A stretch of DNA of 64,000 nucleotides from Sphaerodactylus townsendi (GCF_021028975.2 NC_059437.1:35464001-35528000); one strand, 5' to 3'; shown: positions 1 to 12,050, counted from the first letter of the stretch. The notes: generated by a model not told the origin, from the sequence alone. Program-made: numbers and translations.

Positions 1-519
1 CCCATCTTCCTACCCTTTCTCGCTCAATACCTTCTGGGGTTGTTATGCAGTTGGTCCTCCTGCTTGCCCTCCCCATTGCTATTTCTTGTTCTTGTGCTAT
101 CGCCAGGGCTACTCTGCTTCCTCTTGGCGGCCCTTCTGCTGTTGCCTTCTCCCCTCACTGCCACAGTTGCTGCTGCTGCCTGTCCACTGTGGGATTCTAA
201 CCTGTGCCCTCAACACCCAGCTGCTCAATAAGTCCATGGCCACCCAGCTGTTGCTGCCTCTTCATAGGGACTGTGGCTGCCCTATCCAAGGCCATGCCCC
301 CCTCCCCCATCTGAGTCCCCCCCACTCACACAATTCTACAGTTGGCTGGAGAAGTGGCGCTGGTGCCTCCTGGCATCCTGACTTCTTGAGCCCTCCCCTA
401 TGACATCCTCGCAAAGAAGTCTGGGAGTTGTAGTCCCATTGGCCCTTCTGTGTGGGAGAATTGGTGCCCCCTGGACTACATCTCTCAGACTCGTTATATA
501 AGAAGTGAGTCGGTGCCAA

Positions 520-930
520 TATGGCTTGCTTTTTATATAGTAAGATATCTAATACACTTCTAACATTGTGCTCTAACTGTCTTTTAGGTAAAATCCATTT
601 GTAATCCATAATTAGGCTCCAAATAATTAAAGGTTTTTGATATCCAGTTCAGTACCTTAGTTTCCTTGTTGTGACTGTTTTAGTCCTTGTTGATCTTGTT
701 TTAAACTTTCCCAAGGTTTGTTTCATGGAACTTTCTTTTATATTTTTCAAGGGATTCTTGTGCCTTTTGGAGTGTATTCAATCTGGATCTGTGTTGTTTG
801 AAAGTATATGCCCTCCAATTTTTCCCAACAAAACAATATTTTCCTGTTTTAATTATTTCTCTCAACTCCTGTAAAGCTAAATTATCCAGTTATCTTTCCA
901 ATTGTTTATTTAAAACTTCTGCTTTATTAT
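520..930 (-). mobile_element. Degenerate LINE-1/Tx1-like ORF2 (RT region) fragment in SRSF9 intron 1
   Basis: Minus strand is A-rich and encodes DYKWILPKRQLEHNVRSVLDILLY, resembling the L1-clade RT motif DQxGFLPxRQxxDNxRxVLxIxxY; the rest is disrupted by stops. Confidence 0.45.
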
Positions 931-2387
931 TAAAGGTGAGAAAGAAAGGTAAAGGTACTTACTCATGAGGTGACATCACATTATAGCGTTTGTTGTGCAG
1001 ATTATTTTTACAGGGCGAGTCTCAACTTCAGGGTAAACTGCAAAAGCTTCCATTTTTATGGTTTATTCAAGAGGAGAGCTTTTTGAAGCAAGTTGGGTTA
1101 TCTCTCAATCTCTCTTTAGTCCAGAGTGATTTACTCAGTTGGAAATACACCTTCCAGATGGCTTTGTAGCTGCAATGTTCTGTCGCAGTTTGTAGAGGCA
1201 TCTACGCACCATAATCCCCCCTCAGGAAGTCCCAGACCTTGAATTCCTAACTTGAGGGTGAGCTAGCCTCCATGCACAGAAGCACCAACCAGTAAAGAGG
1301 GGTCTTGGCTCAGCCTTGTCATAGTTGAAGAATATTTTTTTTTAAATGAGCATCTGAAAATTATAGATCCACAACATCACATGCATGGGCTCCATGGCAC
1401 CCATCAGCGAGTTTCTTGGTACAACATTTTATGCTTAATAAAGGTTTACTGTACTGTACACATTTGCTTCATTGACAAAGTGCCTCTTCCCCAAAAACGA
1501 AGAGTTAATGCTAATTTTTTTCCACCCAGCTGAAATAGGAGAGACGTTGGAAGAATCCAAGAAGCATCTCTTTTGTACCTACAGAGAGCATTTGTTCAGA
1601 AACAGTTGTCTCCACCATATGAATTTTCTTGCAACCTCCAAACATTTGTCATCAACCATAATTTTGTGGTGGTGCCCACTCTACTTCCTTAAAATTCCAA
1701 AAGTGCCCACAGGCTGAACGAGATTGGAGAACCTGCAGTATTTGAATGAGTTTGTGATGTACTACTAGATTTTCTTTTAAATAAAACTGCAGTTGCTAAA
1801 ATAGCATTTGGAGCATTGATTGATTTATTGATTAGAAAATGACCTACTGAATGGCTATTGACAAAAAATTAAATAGGGTACAGACTTTTCTCAGAAGCAA
1901 AATTATCCTTTTAAGGTAGCATGCTTTTGAGTAACTAGTGCTGTTTTTTCCTCGATAATTGGAGCAGCAATGCCTTGGACTTTTAAAACTTTTTAATCTG
2001 TTTGCTGCCTTCTTTATTCCATCCTAGAGACCAGCAAGTCAGCCTAGTAATTGCTATTTGTAAAATATCAAGGAATTCACTAGTATTCTGTGCTGCCTCT
2101 TGTTATTACATCCCCAATTCCTTTTTGTAGATATTTCAGCCCTGATGGTGAATAATTTGTATAGTCCATATCTTTATCTTTTGCTTTTTGTACAAATGTA
2201 GAAGCATTTTTGTCTCTCGCAAACTCCAAACGGTGATGTTTCTAGGGATGTGAATGATGGTCGCTAGTCTTTAAGGACCAGAGGATCAGGTGTGTCTTAA
2301 ACACTGGGAATTTCCAGTTCTTTCAGATCTCTGTGTTCATAATGTACCAGCATTAAATCTTCAAGCTGTAATGGTTACTTTCAGATT

Positions 2388-2602
2388 CTATTTGTTTATA
2401 CCCAAATCTTCTCCCTAAGTCCTGCACAATAACATTTTCCCCTCCTCCATTTGATCCTCCTAACAGCCATTCTGTGAAATAGGTTAGATTGAGAATGACT
2501 AACCCAAAGACACCCAGTGAACTTCCATGATAGAGTGGGATTTAAATGTGAGTCTCCCAGATCCTAGACTAATACTCTTAATTTTTGCACCATGATGGCT
2601 CC
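2388..2602 (-). mobile_element. Old tRNA-derived SINE (Squam3/MIR-like)
   Basis: Reverse-complement similarity to the SINE at 20511-20819 (core, LINE-like tail and tRNA head). Confidence 0.55.
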
Positions 2603-2642
2603 TACTAATGATTTCTAATCACAGATCTGTATTTGTTTGCAG

Positions 2643-2809
2643 AGATGCAGAAGATGCAGTATATGGGAGGAATGGTTATGATTATGGCCAGTGTCGTCTA
2701 CGTGTTGAGTTTCCTAGACCTTCCAGAGGTCGGGGAGGCTTTGGTGGGGGTCCTCGTGGGAGGAATGGCCCTCCTTCACGACGTTCTGAATTTCGAGTCC
2801 TTGTTTCAG
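2643..2809 (+). CDS. SRSF9: SRSF9 (SRp30c) exon 2; exon 1 lies upstream of the window
   Basis: tttgcag|A GAT GCA...GTT TCA G|gtatgt; encodes [25 protein letters not shown]...[10 protein letters not shown] (end of RRM1, Gly-rich linker); synteny with GATC/TRIAP1. Confidence 0.96.
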
Positions 2810-4428
2810 GTATGTCGCCTTTGGTACTTCATACTCAGTAGGAACTTTCCAGATGCCACATTTCACTTATATTGTGTTGGGGAGGAGTATCTTGCTGCTG
2901 TAATCTAAGGTTTCTTATTTAATATGAAACCAGTGGCTGTGAAGGAGCTTTTTCAGAGCTAAGAGGATCACACATCTTCCTGGTTTCCTAAGTGGAAGTC
3001 TGTTCGCTTTTGGACCATCTTGGTGAGTGAATGGTGAGCGAAAACCTCTTCACCTACTGGGCAGATGTGAACTCGATGGACTTGGAAGTGGGCAACTGTG
3101 TGGGTAGGTGAAGGGAAGGAATTCAACCTTGGGGACCATTCTTTTAGGATTGAGGGCCAGAAGGAATAGATCCCCAAAACTTCACATATGCTGACCATAG
3201 CATGTGATGCTTGGAGAGAAGAAAGAATATATTAAAACAGACACCTCTGGAAAAGCTGCATCAGCTGCATATTATTTTCATTTATGATGGGAGAAAATTA
3301 ACATGAGTTGGCTCCCTTGATTCCTAACCTTGTGGACACTTGAGGGCAACCTGGAATTTCTGGAACAGGTGTCTGTTTAGCAGGTTAAGAAACACAGGTG
3401 GAGAAAGCCTTTTACTGGAAAAAATGGAAGTATTCTGGAGATTTTGCAATGGCATTCAAAGCTCTGGAGAAAACATCATTTCCTGACCAGATTTGTGGAA
3501 TGGTACACTTAAACTTGCTCATAAAAAGATATTTATGCCCATGTACTTAGGACACGCACTTACACACACCAAAAAAAAAAAAAAACTACCTAAACATTCC
3601 TTCCCATTCCCGGTGATCTGATTTTCCTTCTCTGCTTGACACTGTGACATCCTGGCTAGATGCTCACTGAGGAAACCACTGAAGTTCAGTCTCTTCAGCT
3701 TTGCAACAGGACCTGACAACAAAAATGTGGAACCTCAGGTGTACATCTCCCACACAGAAGCCTGGGAGGGCAGGGAGGCTATCCGGAAAATTCTCATGAC
3801 TTTTGCTATGCATGTGACAAGTTGCATTGGCAAAGGGTAATATGAAGGATTCTTGCAAACTGCCACAAGCTGCAGTGTACTAATTTCTCCAGGAAATGGT
3901 GTGGAACAGGGGAACCACTTTTGGCCTTTTCTTTTAGTAACCGTGCTGATAGTTTAACTGGGGTATCCTTTTTTGCTGCCCAAGGATGAACTATTGGAAT
4001 CTGAGGACCCAAACTCATAGTGTTAGAAAGGAACTACAATTCTTGGAATCTGATCCTGAGTAACTGAGTGATACACGGAGTACAGTCTGTACAATCAGAG
4101 CTAGGGGTTGATGCTAAGTTTACATTGGACCAATGGAGGATTCCTCTGAATGCCCAGCACTCTGACTCCTAGGGGACTATCCTCTGGGACCTTGCTGACG
4201 TGGAGGACTCATCCACTCTGGAATGGAACTTAATTGCTGTTCTTTGGATCCTTCTGTTCTTGTTGTAGTATTGACCTTCTGGAATAAAAGGAAATCTGTG
4301 GAAACGGTGGAGCCTGTGACACACTGGAGGAAACTAGTCAAGGGCCTGTAGCCATTCCCGGAGTTGCCTAAGCACCTAGTGTCCTCTCTTTACACGGTGT
4401 CCTTATGTTTTGTGTTCTCACTGCTCAG

Positions 4429-4601
4429 GGCTTCCTCCATCAGGCAGCTGGCAGGACCTGAAGGATCACATGCGTGAGGCTGGTGATGTATGTTATGCAG
4501 ATGTACAGAAAGATGGAATGGGGGTGGTTGAGTTTCTTCGCAAGGAAGACATGGAATACGCACTGCGTAAACTGGATGACACCAAATTCCGGTCTCATGA
4601 G
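4429..4601 (+). CDS. SRSF9: SRSF9 exon 3 (pseudo-RRM, SWQDLKD motif)
   Basis: ctgctcag|GG CTT CCT...CAT GAG|gtgggt; [58 protein letters not shown]; phase matches exon 2. Confidence 0.97.
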
Positions 4602-5706
4602 GTGGGTTCTCGCCTGTGGGTGAAGAGCATGTGCGTGTAACAGTCATGGAAGAACATGCATTAACCAGTCCTATTGTGATGCTCAAGAGACACAAGGGCA
4701 CAGTCTAGCAATAGTCTCAAAATTGATGGCTAATGTAATCCTTACAAAAAGTTAGGAGACAAGCTTAAGAGTCGTCAAGGCTGCGTGAAACCGACCCCAT
4801 GTTGGCTTGGTGTGAGCCCTGACTGTCAAGATGAAATTTTGTGGTTTCATTCTTAAGTTATGTGGAAAATGAGTGTTTGGAGTACTTGCCTGTAACCTCT
4901 TCTGGGTAGGTCAAATTGACTTGCTTTGCCACTCCTTTGACAGGCAGTGGCTGAACAAATTGCTAGTGGCTCTTTGAGTAAACTTAGCTCACCTTGCCTT
5001 GGTGGCTGGAGGTTGTATCGGCAAACTGCAGTGCTGTCCCCCAAAGGAGCTGATGAGTTACTGTAGTGGGCCATGACAACAGAAATTTCCCCACCTGTGC
5101 ATGAAACCTCTTCTTTTAGTAGTATCATACTTTTGCCACAAACAAGTTATTTTTCAGCCTTGGGGGCGATGTTTACCTCACCTGAACCACCTTCATCCAG
5201 TGACTGGCCTGATCTACTGCAACCACTCCCTCTGTCACAGCTGGAGGCTACTTTCTGTGGATTTTCCCCTCCAGAACCTGAGCTCCTGAGAAACAATTAA
5301 ATTATATGAGTTCACGGAGGCCTCTCCCATCTATGCCAAAGGACTTCACTAGCTTACATCTTGTTCCCTCTGACAGTAAAATGGAAACCCATTGGGATCT
5401 TCACCTTTTGTAGTTATATTGAGACAAAACCTGTCTGGTTGCCTTGCATCTGACATTGTTTTTCTAATACCTGCACAATCCTAGCTGTTGTGTAACATGC
5501 CCTTCTTCTGTAGACCTCAAGGGAACAACCAGAGCTGACTCAAGGCAGCAATAGAGCAATTTGTACCACCTGTTGTGTGATAATTCGTCCAGTCTTGAGC
5601 CACTTTCTGCATTGGTTCCTGATCTTCATTTCTGGCATCATTCATTCATAACATTGACCACAGGATGTTATGCAAACGTTTGGGTTTTCTTTGTTTTAAA
5701 TTCCAG

Positions 5707-5850
5707 GGTGAAACATCCTATATCAGAGTCTGTCCTGAAAGAAGCATCAGCTATGGCTACTCGCGCTCCCGTTCTGGTTCAAGGAGTCGCGATTCTCCAT
5801 ACCAAAGCAGGGGATCACCACGCTACTCCTCTCCCTTCAGGCCATTCTGA
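5707..5850 (+). CDS. SRSF9: SRSF9 exon 4 coding part (short RS domain, stop TGA)
   Basis: ttccag|GGT GAA ACA...; [47 protein letters not shown], the characteristic SRSF9 C-terminus. Confidence 0.97.
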   Translation, partial: GETSYIRVCPERSISYGYSRSRSGSRSRDSPYQSRGSPRYSSPFRPF

Positions 5851-6825
5851 TTCACCCAACAGGGACTTCTAAAATGTGAACTGAGCTCTTTATTTCTGCT
5901 CAGAGTTTACATTCCAAAACTGATAGATATAGTCTTTCATAGGAAGCCTTTTTTTTCCTTTCTATTCAACAATCTTTTTTTATGACTTACAGTTTTTACT
6001 AGGGAAGTGTTGGTAATGAAATGCTATAAACCGTTGCCACTTAAGACTTTTTGTTTTGAAAATGTAAATTGTTTTGTTTCTCCTTTTAAGTGAGTAAAAA
6101 TGAACTTGAGACTCGGCTTGTATCAGTTTGTCCGCAGGATGGGGCAGCAGAGCAACCTGTATGGCTCGACCTGTTGAGGTGTTTTGAAATATACTTACAT
6201 GTTTCTGTAACTCACAAGTGGGTATTTGTCTTTTTGTGCAATGAGGATGTCAGAACGTATAGAAGCACAGCTGTACTTGGACTATCTGTTTAAAGTTACA
6301 CTCTAGTTTTTGCCCTTTGTTTAAACTTCAATCAAATGTTTGCTCTGAGCCAAATACAGATGGCTACGTAGTCCCACAAGCAAGTAAGGCCCAAGATGGA
6401 AGCCAGAATGCCTGAACACCACTGTTGGGACAGGCATATCTTTGGCTGAAGACTTGGTGAACCTTTCAAGAGGGCCTTTTGTGATCCATGCCTGCAGCAA
6501 ACCAGATACATGCAATGGAGACACTCAAGAACTAGTGTGATGTGAATAGTGTCAGAGCAGAATTGACAAGACCCTGGTTTAAATTCCCATTCAACTGTTT
6601 CGCACCTTGTACCAGCCACACACATTCTTTTTTTAGCCAACCTCACAAAGTTGTGAGAATATTCCAGTGGAGAATTTACTTACGTGATTTGTACTTTTGT
6701 TGGTAGAGATTACTTGCCCCATTTAGTGAAATCTAAATCCCAGGTTGAAAGGAAACTATTATTGCACACTCAGAAGCACCCTCCTCTAGTCAGCCTGCAA
6801 GTATAGGGAGAACATTATGCAAGTA

Positions 6826-7084
6826 CAGTCATACCTTGGTTTTCGTCACCTTCAGAAATCGTTGGTTTTGGTTTTCGCCAGTGGGATCCCACTGTTTGTT
6901 GTCTTTGGTTTTCGTCAGTCACCTTGGATTTCGTCAGCGTGCCAACAAAATCCAAGGCGACTTGTGTAAGTTGCTACGCTGTTTGCGTTACGCCTGCACA
7001 AACAGCGTAGCCTCAGTTTTCGCCAGTTTCGGTTTTTGCCGCAGTAATCCGTATGGATTACCAACGAAACCCAAGGTATGACTG
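6826..7084. mobile_element. Tigger/pogo-type (Tc1-mariner) MITE
   Basis: 21-bp TIRs CAGTCATACCTTGGTTTTCGT / ACGAAACCCAAGGTATGACTG (1 mismatch) flanked by TA on both sides; internal GGTTTTCG repeats. Confidence 0.85.
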
Positions 7085-7883
7085 TACTGGCATTGGAGAA
7101 CTTTTTTAAAAGGTTGGACTTTGGCTCAAATTAAGCTCTGTTAAAAAAAAGTGCTGTCCTGAGTTAACTAGGTGTCCGATTCTTTGGCTGACCTTAACTG
7201 GCTTAAAACTGGCCATGGCCTTATTTTGGGGGTCTGCTCTCTTACACCTTCAAGTGTCAGTGCACGTGTGTGTTGCTGTACTTGGCAGGTATTGGCCAGT
7301 GTGCAGTTCTGCATGGAGAATATTTAGCTACCCTTTCTTTTGAGCTTGGTGGTGGGGCCTGAAGCTTCTTCCTTGTCTTCCCGTGATTACACATTTTCAG
7401 CACTGTTGGTGCTCGCTCATTGACCTTTCTCCTTTCCCACTCATCTACGTGAGCTTATCTTGCCCACTTCATGGTGCGTTGCTCTGATTTGCTCTGGCTG
7501 GGAAATGTGGGAGAGCGCAGGAGCTCATAGCTGAGCATGACTGGCAAAAAGTTAGATGAATAAGGGGAGAGAGGGAGAAGAAAGAGGCATGCCTACTCAG
7601 CAGTCTGGTGCTGGGAACACACCTAGAGACAGAAGCAGAATCACTTCCCAGAGAAAGAGGATGGAGAACAGATTTGTTAACTTGCTTTGTATCACTCTGT
7701 GCCAAAGAGGTGCTTTGGTGTGACCTATTAAGGCTACAGGCCTAGGCAGTTTCTTGGGAATAAATTAAGCACTACTGATGAACTTTTAAGCATGCCTAGG
7801 ATCAATCTGTATGTGTTCTTACACAGACAGTAAAGTCAAATCATTTGCTATATACAGGTCATCCTGAAATTCCTATATTCTGA

Positions 7884-8296
7884 GGCCGCTTCCGCACATG
7901 GGGCCGGTGAAAACGCCATTGTGGGGGAGGTGTCCACGCTGCTGCTGCTGCTGGAGCACAGCAGCAGGAGTGCATTCCCCCACTATGGCATTTTTAAAAA
8001 ACACTGGCTTCCACCCGGTGCAGAACGAACGGCACCAGTGAGAAGCCAGCGTTTTTCCTGTGCCGCTCCGTCTTACCTTGTCCTGGCTGCTGGCGCTCTG
8101 TGGAGGCGTCACAATGGCCATGGGGGCATGACCCCTGGCCTCCACAGAGCACCAGCAGTCGGGACAAGGTAAGATGGGACTGGGAGCGGCGCTGCCCTTG
8201 CTGCCGCCAGCGGGGCCATTCATACCAACAGCCCCCGTGTGGTGCACCGGCATCAATTATGCTGCTGTACCTCCACTCGCCCATGTGGAAAGGACC
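7884..8296. mobile_element. PIF/Harbinger-like non-autonomous DNA transposon (GC-rich)
   Basis: Imperfect TIRs GGCCGCTTCCGCACATGGG / CCCATGTGGAAAGGACC; 3-bp flanks TGA/CGA. Confidence 0.65.
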
Positions 8297-9016
8297 CGAG
8301 ATAGGAATTATGTGCCTGTTTATGAATGGTGCATTATGCTGCAGGGAACACAGGCAATGATATTAATAAGTAAGAGGAAAGTTCCAGGTTGATCCTTAAA
8401 AGCACTAAACATTGAAACAAAATGTAATTCTAGTTCTTGGTGCTTTTGTAGGATATGTACCAAATTTCCATGAACTAATGAAATAACACATTCTCCCCAA
8501 TGTTCATCCCCAACTGGCACCCAAATGTTTTTAAAATGTAGGGAGGCTAGATGATTCTCTGGTGCAGCTGGGCTTCTGATTGGTCATTGGAAATCAGATT
8601 ATCTGTTCAGATCTTTAAAAATATTGCTTTTGCAGCAGCTGTCTCCACAGCGTTAGGATCTTCACTGTGTGATTAAAGCAAGCTGTGTGTATTGAAGAAA
8701 ACGTTGTAAAACTGTGTTCGTTTTAAAAGGTATCCTGAAACAGATTTTCTTCTTGAAATGTTGAAGAATTACTATTGGAGTTCGGCTTAACGTAATTCCA
8801 TGACGTTTTGTGGGCTCCACCTCTTGCAGCAGCCATTTTCTGGTTGTGCCCAGAATTCCAAAGTTACCCACAGGCTTAAAAAGGTTGGGGACCCATAGTA
8901 GTCTAATGACTTCTTTCCAAGAATCTGAATTTTCTAGGCAAGGAGATTCCTCACCTGCCAAAGGACATTCATATTTATCAAATGTGTCTCCTATAATCAG
9001 TACACTTCCAAATAGT

Positions 9017-9022
9017 TTTATT
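9017..9022 (-). other. Candidate GATC polyadenylation signal AATAAA
   Basis: TTTATT on + strand about 1 kb downstream of the GATC stop; use not verifiable. Confidence 0.4.
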
Positions 9023-9490
9023 ACAGTGGACAACAAAATGTGCTTTCTATATCTATACATATTTAGTATATGAGAAAATACTGTATATTTTTTTAGAAAA
9101 AACATTTACACTATTTACCAACATAAAACAGACTGACATAACTGAGCACTGAATGTACAGCCTCTTCTCAATTAAGAACTATGAAGTGTTCCAGAGTATG
9201 CCCGGGGGGGGGGGGGGGGGGATTGTGGACCTGTGTTTCTCCTTTTTCTGATGTTAACTGACAGTACTGGGTATCAGTGAGAAAACCTTTTCATTCCAAA
9301 TTACTCCTTCCTCTTGACTCCACCCTTTTGTGCATTGAAGGCTGTTGCTTCCCACATTCTTTCCATCTACTTGGCATAGAACATAATAGTGAATATTAGC
9401 TAGTGTATTCTTAGTTGTTTTTCAAAGTTCTGCATGCAAGTCCCCTCAATGTGGTTTCTTCCTTTTCCCCTTCTTGATGCTTTTTGACAC

Positions 9491-9620
9491 CTGCTAAATG
9501 ATATTGACTGACTTGGACCAGTTTTATCTCATGAACTGAGAGGAGTTAAGTCATAGCAGGTGAGGAGCTGTTGCTTACCAATACCTGGGAAGGCATTAGG
9601 AGTGCCAAGCATTTTCCAGC
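9491..9620. repeat. 130-bp direct repeat, copy 1 (probable GATC 3' UTR)
   Basis: 122/130 identical, ungapped, to 10429-10558. Confidence 0.95.
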
Positions 9621-10007
9621 TTTTGGTTGAAGGTTTTTAAATGTTATTTGACCACAATCCAACACTGTTAAGGTTGTCAGGTTCTGTGACTGAAGTAAAA
9701 CAAAGGACTCTAATCAACTGAGTCCTTTGTTAACTGATGTCAACAAAGGACTCAAAGCACATCCTGACATAGGTACACACTAACCCTAATGGAAATTGAC
9801 AAGCTTGCTTAAGTTGATGCTGAATTACTGCCTTCGTTGGTAGCTGTAAGTATTCATGGGCTATTCAGAAATGGCTTGCAAGATTTGATAGTCCTCAGAC
9901 AAGGCAGAAAGTTAGGAAGGAGATGGGAAGGATTTAATCCTTGATACAGCTGCATGCATTCCACAGTCCAAAAAGTCAGTCGCAGCATGTTGAGTGAGAT
10001 CTCCTGC

Positions 10008-10069
10008 CTAGGGCTTTTTCTTCTGCAGGAAAGTGTCTCTGTCTTCTAGCTCTGGTAATGGGATGTTAC
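10008..10069 (-). CDS. GATC: GATC exon 4 coding part (stop TAG)
   Basis: Minus: tttttattag|GT AAC ATC CCA TTA CCA...CCC TAG = (G)NIPLPELEDRDTFLQKKKP*; resembles the human GNISLPKL C-terminus. Confidence 0.9.
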
Positions 10070-10428
10070 CTAATAAAAACAGTAAAGTTGAATGGAATTA
10101 AATATATACTGGAACAAAATTTGCTTAAAAAGTCAGCAGACAATACTATCTGGTTTGTACAACTTTCAGCATGTTCCTCTAATGCTTTGTTACTAAAAGG
10201 GCATGTAAAGGCTGGCTCCAGGACTTTGCTGGAAATGGCCAAGATTTTGTGGTTTGTTGCAAATTCTCCCATTAGTCAACATTGGAGGCATACTGCTAAT
10301 TCTGCAGGAGTGCATCGGGCAAGGAGAACGAAATACAGGCTACAGAACTCTATTCTTGGAGGATGTCACTTTATTTTTAAATCAACTTTCGTTTTTTAAT
10401 CCTGATTACAGACAATTGCCCTTATTGT

Positions 10429-10558
10429 CTGCTAAATGATATTGACTGACTTGGACCAGTTTTATCTCATGAACTGAGAGGAGTTAAGTCATAGCAGATG
10501 AGGAGCTGTTGCTTACCGATACCTGGGAAAAGGTTAGAAGTGCCAAGCATCTTCCAGC
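10429..10558. repeat. 130-bp direct repeat, copy 2 (GATC intron 3)
   Basis: 122/130 identical to 9491-9620. Confidence 0.95.
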
Positions 10559-10603
10559 AAACTTAACTACATTATAACTACATGTATAACACAAGATGGT
10601 TAC

Positions 10604-10707
10604 CTGGTGGAGCTATGAAATACTCTTCAACTGTCTGCTTAGCGTTCTTCAGTAGCTCCTCTGCAAAGTTGCCTTCTGTGACATTATCTTCCCTGAGATA
10701 CAAACAC
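10604..10707 (-). CDS. GATC: GATC exon 3
   Basis: Minus: ctcag|G TGT TTG TAT CTC AGG...CCA CCA G|gtaacc; (R)[34 protein letters not shown](G), GatC motif. Confidence 0.96.
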
Positions 10708-11637
10708 CTGAGGAGTATACATGATTAAGGAAAATGAAGAACCATAACATCTAGCCATAGGTCAAGATTAGCCCACATCTTCTGACCAGAGGAGGCCAGG
10801 AGAACATATGTGAGATGTTATTACAATCTTGCTTCTGACAGTGATACTATACAGACAAGAATCGTGATTCCTATTTATAGAGGCAGTGAACGTATGACAC
10901 ATGACAACAAAATTTCCTTGTCTGTTCTGCACAGTCTGCATTCATGAGTGTTTGTGGCAGCAAAGACCATTGGTTCATTTTACAAATTGTACACAAACTG
11001 CCTCCATAGACAAGATCCATCTATTACAACATTATGTCTTCCATAACAGCCAACAGGATGTCTTCAAGAAATCCACAAGCAGTGTGAGAATATGGTGATA
11101 TTCCCATTTATTCCCAACATGCACTCCACTGCATATGAACACTGAATTTCTATTTTGTTATTGCAGCTAAAAGATCTCCATGAATATGTCTGATCCTAAA
11201 ATTGCTTTGGTTCAGAAGGGCTCTACCCAAAAGACCTATTTGTCTAAAACTACATTTCTAAGAACCTGAGTGTGACCAAAGTAAATACGCTTTTCATGTA
11301 GTAATTTACACAGGTAAAGGTAAGGTGTATAGGGCAACTGTTATTTCTGGCAGAGAAGACAGGCTAGGGGGAGTAACAATATCAACTATACATGTACTGT
11401 TAGCAAGAAGGAATTTTAAAACATTTTACAGAGTCCCATCAAATCCAGAATTGCTTGCACAAAGCAAATACGATGTAAAACATACATAGAGCCACCCATA
11501 GTAGCCCCCAATAATTTGAGAACAAGATTCTATTATGCAGAACAAGGCTAACTTCAAAGTTAAGACCTACATACAAGAAACAAACAATACAACCGTAGAA
11601 AGGTAAGTTTAAGAGTGAATATATTGACAAGATTTAC

Positions 11638-11804
11638 CTATCCTCCAGTACTGAATCCATTGGCTCTACGCCATCTGTATTAACAGAATGAAGTTGATCA
11701 GCAAATTCAATTGCTTTTTCCAAACGCTCCACACCCTCCTGATTGCGAAAATCAACAAGTGCCAGACGCTCCAGATGATCCAGCAACTCCAAAGTTACTT
11801 TTTT
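11638..11804 (-). CDS. GATC: GATC exon 2
   Basis: Minus: ctatttgaag|AAA AAA GTA...GAT AG|gtaaat; [55 protein letters not shown](R). Confidence 0.95.
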
Positions 11805-12050
11805 CTTCAAATAGAAAATATATTTAGGGTGTGAAAAAACACTCCAACTTGACAACATAAGTTTAGATGTCAGTTTTTCTGAAGGCTCTGAAGTTAAACG
11901 TGTGCAAGTCTGGTTTGTCTGCATTCAGACACTACCCATACTCAGTTCAACATAAAGAATAAAGTCTGGTCCTGCATCCTTAAGCAGATGTGCAGCAGTG
12001 TATGCTGCTACAAATAGTGCCGATTCTCTGTTCATGTCAGAGAATTGTAT

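Noticed and set aside
1360-8895. Old hAT-like remnants at ~1360-1735 and ~8490-8895 sharing a 3' end (CCAAA...CCCACAGGCT...TTGG)
   Set aside because: Probably real repeats, but too decayed to set boundaries or TSDs, so not listed as features.
9491-9560. SECIS element or C/D-box snoRNA in the duplicated hairpin
   Set aside because: No correctly spaced AUGA...AA...GA core, no canonical RUGAUGA C box, and GATC has no in-frame UGA.
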